Source: a bacterium (lineage in GTDB: Bacteria; UBP6; UBA1177; JAKLFG01). Taken from it: a stretch of DNA of 64,000 nucleotides. The DNA lies in contig JAKLFG010000005.1 of the NCBI GenBank assembly GCA_022711315.1, forward strand, positions 7,037-71,036. Direction: 5' to 3'. Within the stretch, counting starts at the first letter, position 1; each line of letters opens with the position of its first letter. Positions 62,733 to 64,000 of this stretch are shown here, in pieces. The translations under genes and the position numbers were made by a program. Below the pieces are notes generated by a model. That model was not told the DNA's origin. It did not search any database and saw only the letters and a program-made list of their open reading frames with translations.

Positions 62733-64000
62733 ATGAATTTATTCGATATTATCGTCATCGGAGCCGGTCATGCCGGGGTAGAGGCGGCGGCGGCGGCGAC
62801 ACGGCTCGGAGCGCGCACTCTGCTGGTCACCCTTCGAATCGATTCGATCGGCGAGATGTCATGCAACCCGTCGATCGGGGGGCAGGCGAAAGGTCAGATC
62901 GTCCGCGAGATCGATCTGCTCGGCGGTCTGATGGGAGAGGCGGCCGATTTTTCGGCGATCCAGTACCGCGTGCTCAACCGGAGCAAGGGGCCGGCTGTCC
63001 GCTCGACCCGATCACAGAACGACCGGCTCCTGTACAAAAAATTCCTGTACGACCGGCTTCTTTCCCTCCCCCTGCTCACGATATGGCAGGACGAGGCGAT
63101 CGGCCTGCTGACGGAAAAAGGGGACATAACGGGCGCGCTTCTGCGGACCGCCGGAGAGGTGACGGCAGAGGCTGTGGTGGTGACCGCCGGGACCTTTCTA
63201 CGCGGTCGTATCGTCATCGGCGAGGATACTCACCCCGCAGGACGGCTCGGCGAACCGGCGGCAACCTTTCTTACCGACGCACTTGTCGCGGCGGGGCATG
63301 CCTCTCTACGACTCAAGACCGGTACGCCGGTACGCCTGCGTGGCGACTCCATCGATTTTTCATCTCTTGAAAAGCAGCCGGGCGACGATGATTTCGTCCC
63401 CTTTTCTACCGCGACACGCGACCGGCTGAGCCGACAGGTCCCTTGCTGGATCACCTACACCAACGAACGGACCCATGCGATCATCCGCGACAATCTCCAC
63501 CGCTCTCCTCTTTACGGCACCCATAAAAGCATAGAGGGGGTCGGCCCGCGCTACTGTCCTTCGCTGGAGGACAAGGTCGTGAAGTTCCCTCTCCGGGAGC
63601 GACATCAGATATTCCTTGAGCCGGAGGGATGGGACCGGCGCGAATACTATCCGAACGGCATCTCGACCAGTCTCCCCTACTCCGTGCAGGAACAGTTCCT
63701 GCGGACCATACCGGGACTGGAACGGGCGGTCATCACCCGCCCTGCCTACGCCATAGAATACGACGCGTTCGACTCACGCGATCTCGGCCGCACCCTGGAG
63801 AGTAAACTTCTGCCGGGGCTGTTCCTCGCGGGGCAGGTGAACGGCACCTCGGGCTACGAAGAGGCGGCGATACAGGGCTTGGTCGCCGGGATCAACGCGG
63901 CGCAACGCTCCCTCGGCAAAGAGGCGCACCCCTTCGTCCTCGAGAGACATGAAGCATACGGCGGGATACTGATCGACGATATCGTCACCAAAGGGATCGA
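62733..64000 (+). CDS. mnmG: tRNA uridine 5-carboxymethylaminomethyl modification enzyme MnmG (5' part; runs off the window)
   Basis: Translated by hand from ATG 62733: [33 protein letters not shown]...[24 protein letters not shown]. Open to the window end; absent from the ORF track because no stop lies in the window. Confidence 0.9.
   Translation, partial: MNLFDIIVIGAGHAGVEAAAAATRLGARTLLVTLRIDSIGEMSCNPSIGGQAKGQIVREIDLLGGLMGEAADFSAIQYRVLNRSKGPAVRSTRSQNDRLLYKKFLYDRLLSLPLLTIWQDEAIGLLTEKGDITGALLRTAGEVTAEAVVVTAGTFLRGRIVIGEDTHPAGRLGEPAATFLTDALVAAGHASLRLKTGTPVRLRGDSIDFSSLEKQPGDDDFVPFSTATRDRLSRQVPCWITYTNERTHAIIRDNLHRSPLYGTHKSIEGVGPRYCPSLEDKVVKFPLRERHQIFLEPEGWDRREYYPNGISTSLPYSVQEQFLRTIPGLERAVITRPAYAIEYDAFDSRDLGRTLESKLLPGLFLAGQVNGTSGYEEAAIQGLVAGINAAQRSLGKEAHPFVLERHEAYGGILIDDIVTKGI

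Noticed and set aside
1-64000. Canonical CRISPR array.
   Set aside because: I found no run of three or more regularly spaced 25-40-bp repeats with 30-45-bp spacers. The only repeat of that size occurs twice, 687 bp apart.
1-64000. tRNA, rRNA, tmRNA or riboswitch elements.
   Set aside because: None were recognised by eye: no T-loop GGTTCGAATCC-like motifs in intergenic DNA and no intergenic region long or conserved-looking enough. A tRNAscan or Infernal run would be needed to exclude them formally.

Overview
High-GC bacterial chromosomal segment (60-nt hand counts about 63% G+C in pstS), densely coding on both strands, with about 60 genes and no tRNA or rRNA seen. All family calls come from reading motifs in the supplied translations; no homology search was run. 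The taxon cannot be assigned. It is a diderm with many lipoproteins, an AgmX/PglI-type domain protein and a GldA/F/G-type ABC set.

Ordinary content:
- RNase J, a secreted gluzincin protease, a vWA protein, an AbiE toxin-antitoxin pair and an AraC-type regulator.
- An Mla-like operon (MlaE, a degenerate ATPase-like protein, MlaD), panB, and GldA/F/G-like ABC genes plus a DUF4340-like gene.
- Several lipoproteins with acidic D/E/P/T-rich linkers.
- A complete Pho cluster: HAD hydrolase, porin, PhoB-like regulator, DUF2461, ppnP, pstS, pstCAB, phoU and a phoR-like kinase.
- hutH, a UvrD-type helicase, an orphan V-type ATPase K subunit, pgeF, pssA, a NamZ-like gene, nnr, tsaE, tatD, mnmE and mnmG.

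Most unusual region: the Pho cluster is split at about 32.37-38.95 kb by a lower-GC island (hand counts 35-57%). It contains:
- One 1163-aa polypeptide (34861-38352) fusing a degenerate P-loop-NTPase-like N-domain, a group-II-intron-type reverse transcriptase with intact YADD, and a full-length Cas1 with intact catalytic residues.
- A translationally coupled 128-aa unknown ORF upstream of it, a divergent ParB-like gene, and a convergent PRiA4_ORF3-like gene.
- No cas2, cas6, effector genes or canonical CRISPR array anywhere in the 64 kb.
- 1.4 kb away, a perfect 38-bp CRISPR-repeat-like direct repeat that brackets a 649-bp segment holding an almost complete lipoprotein gene. This abuts a 360-bp AT-rich noncoding stretch with reiterated TTTCGAC(A) motifs.

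Other observations:
- A 26-bp inverted repeat brackets a low-GC DUF1566 cassette between abiEii and the araC-like gene.
- The MlaF-like protein lacks all ATPase motifs.
- Two Pho promoters share a conserved Pho-box-like architecture.
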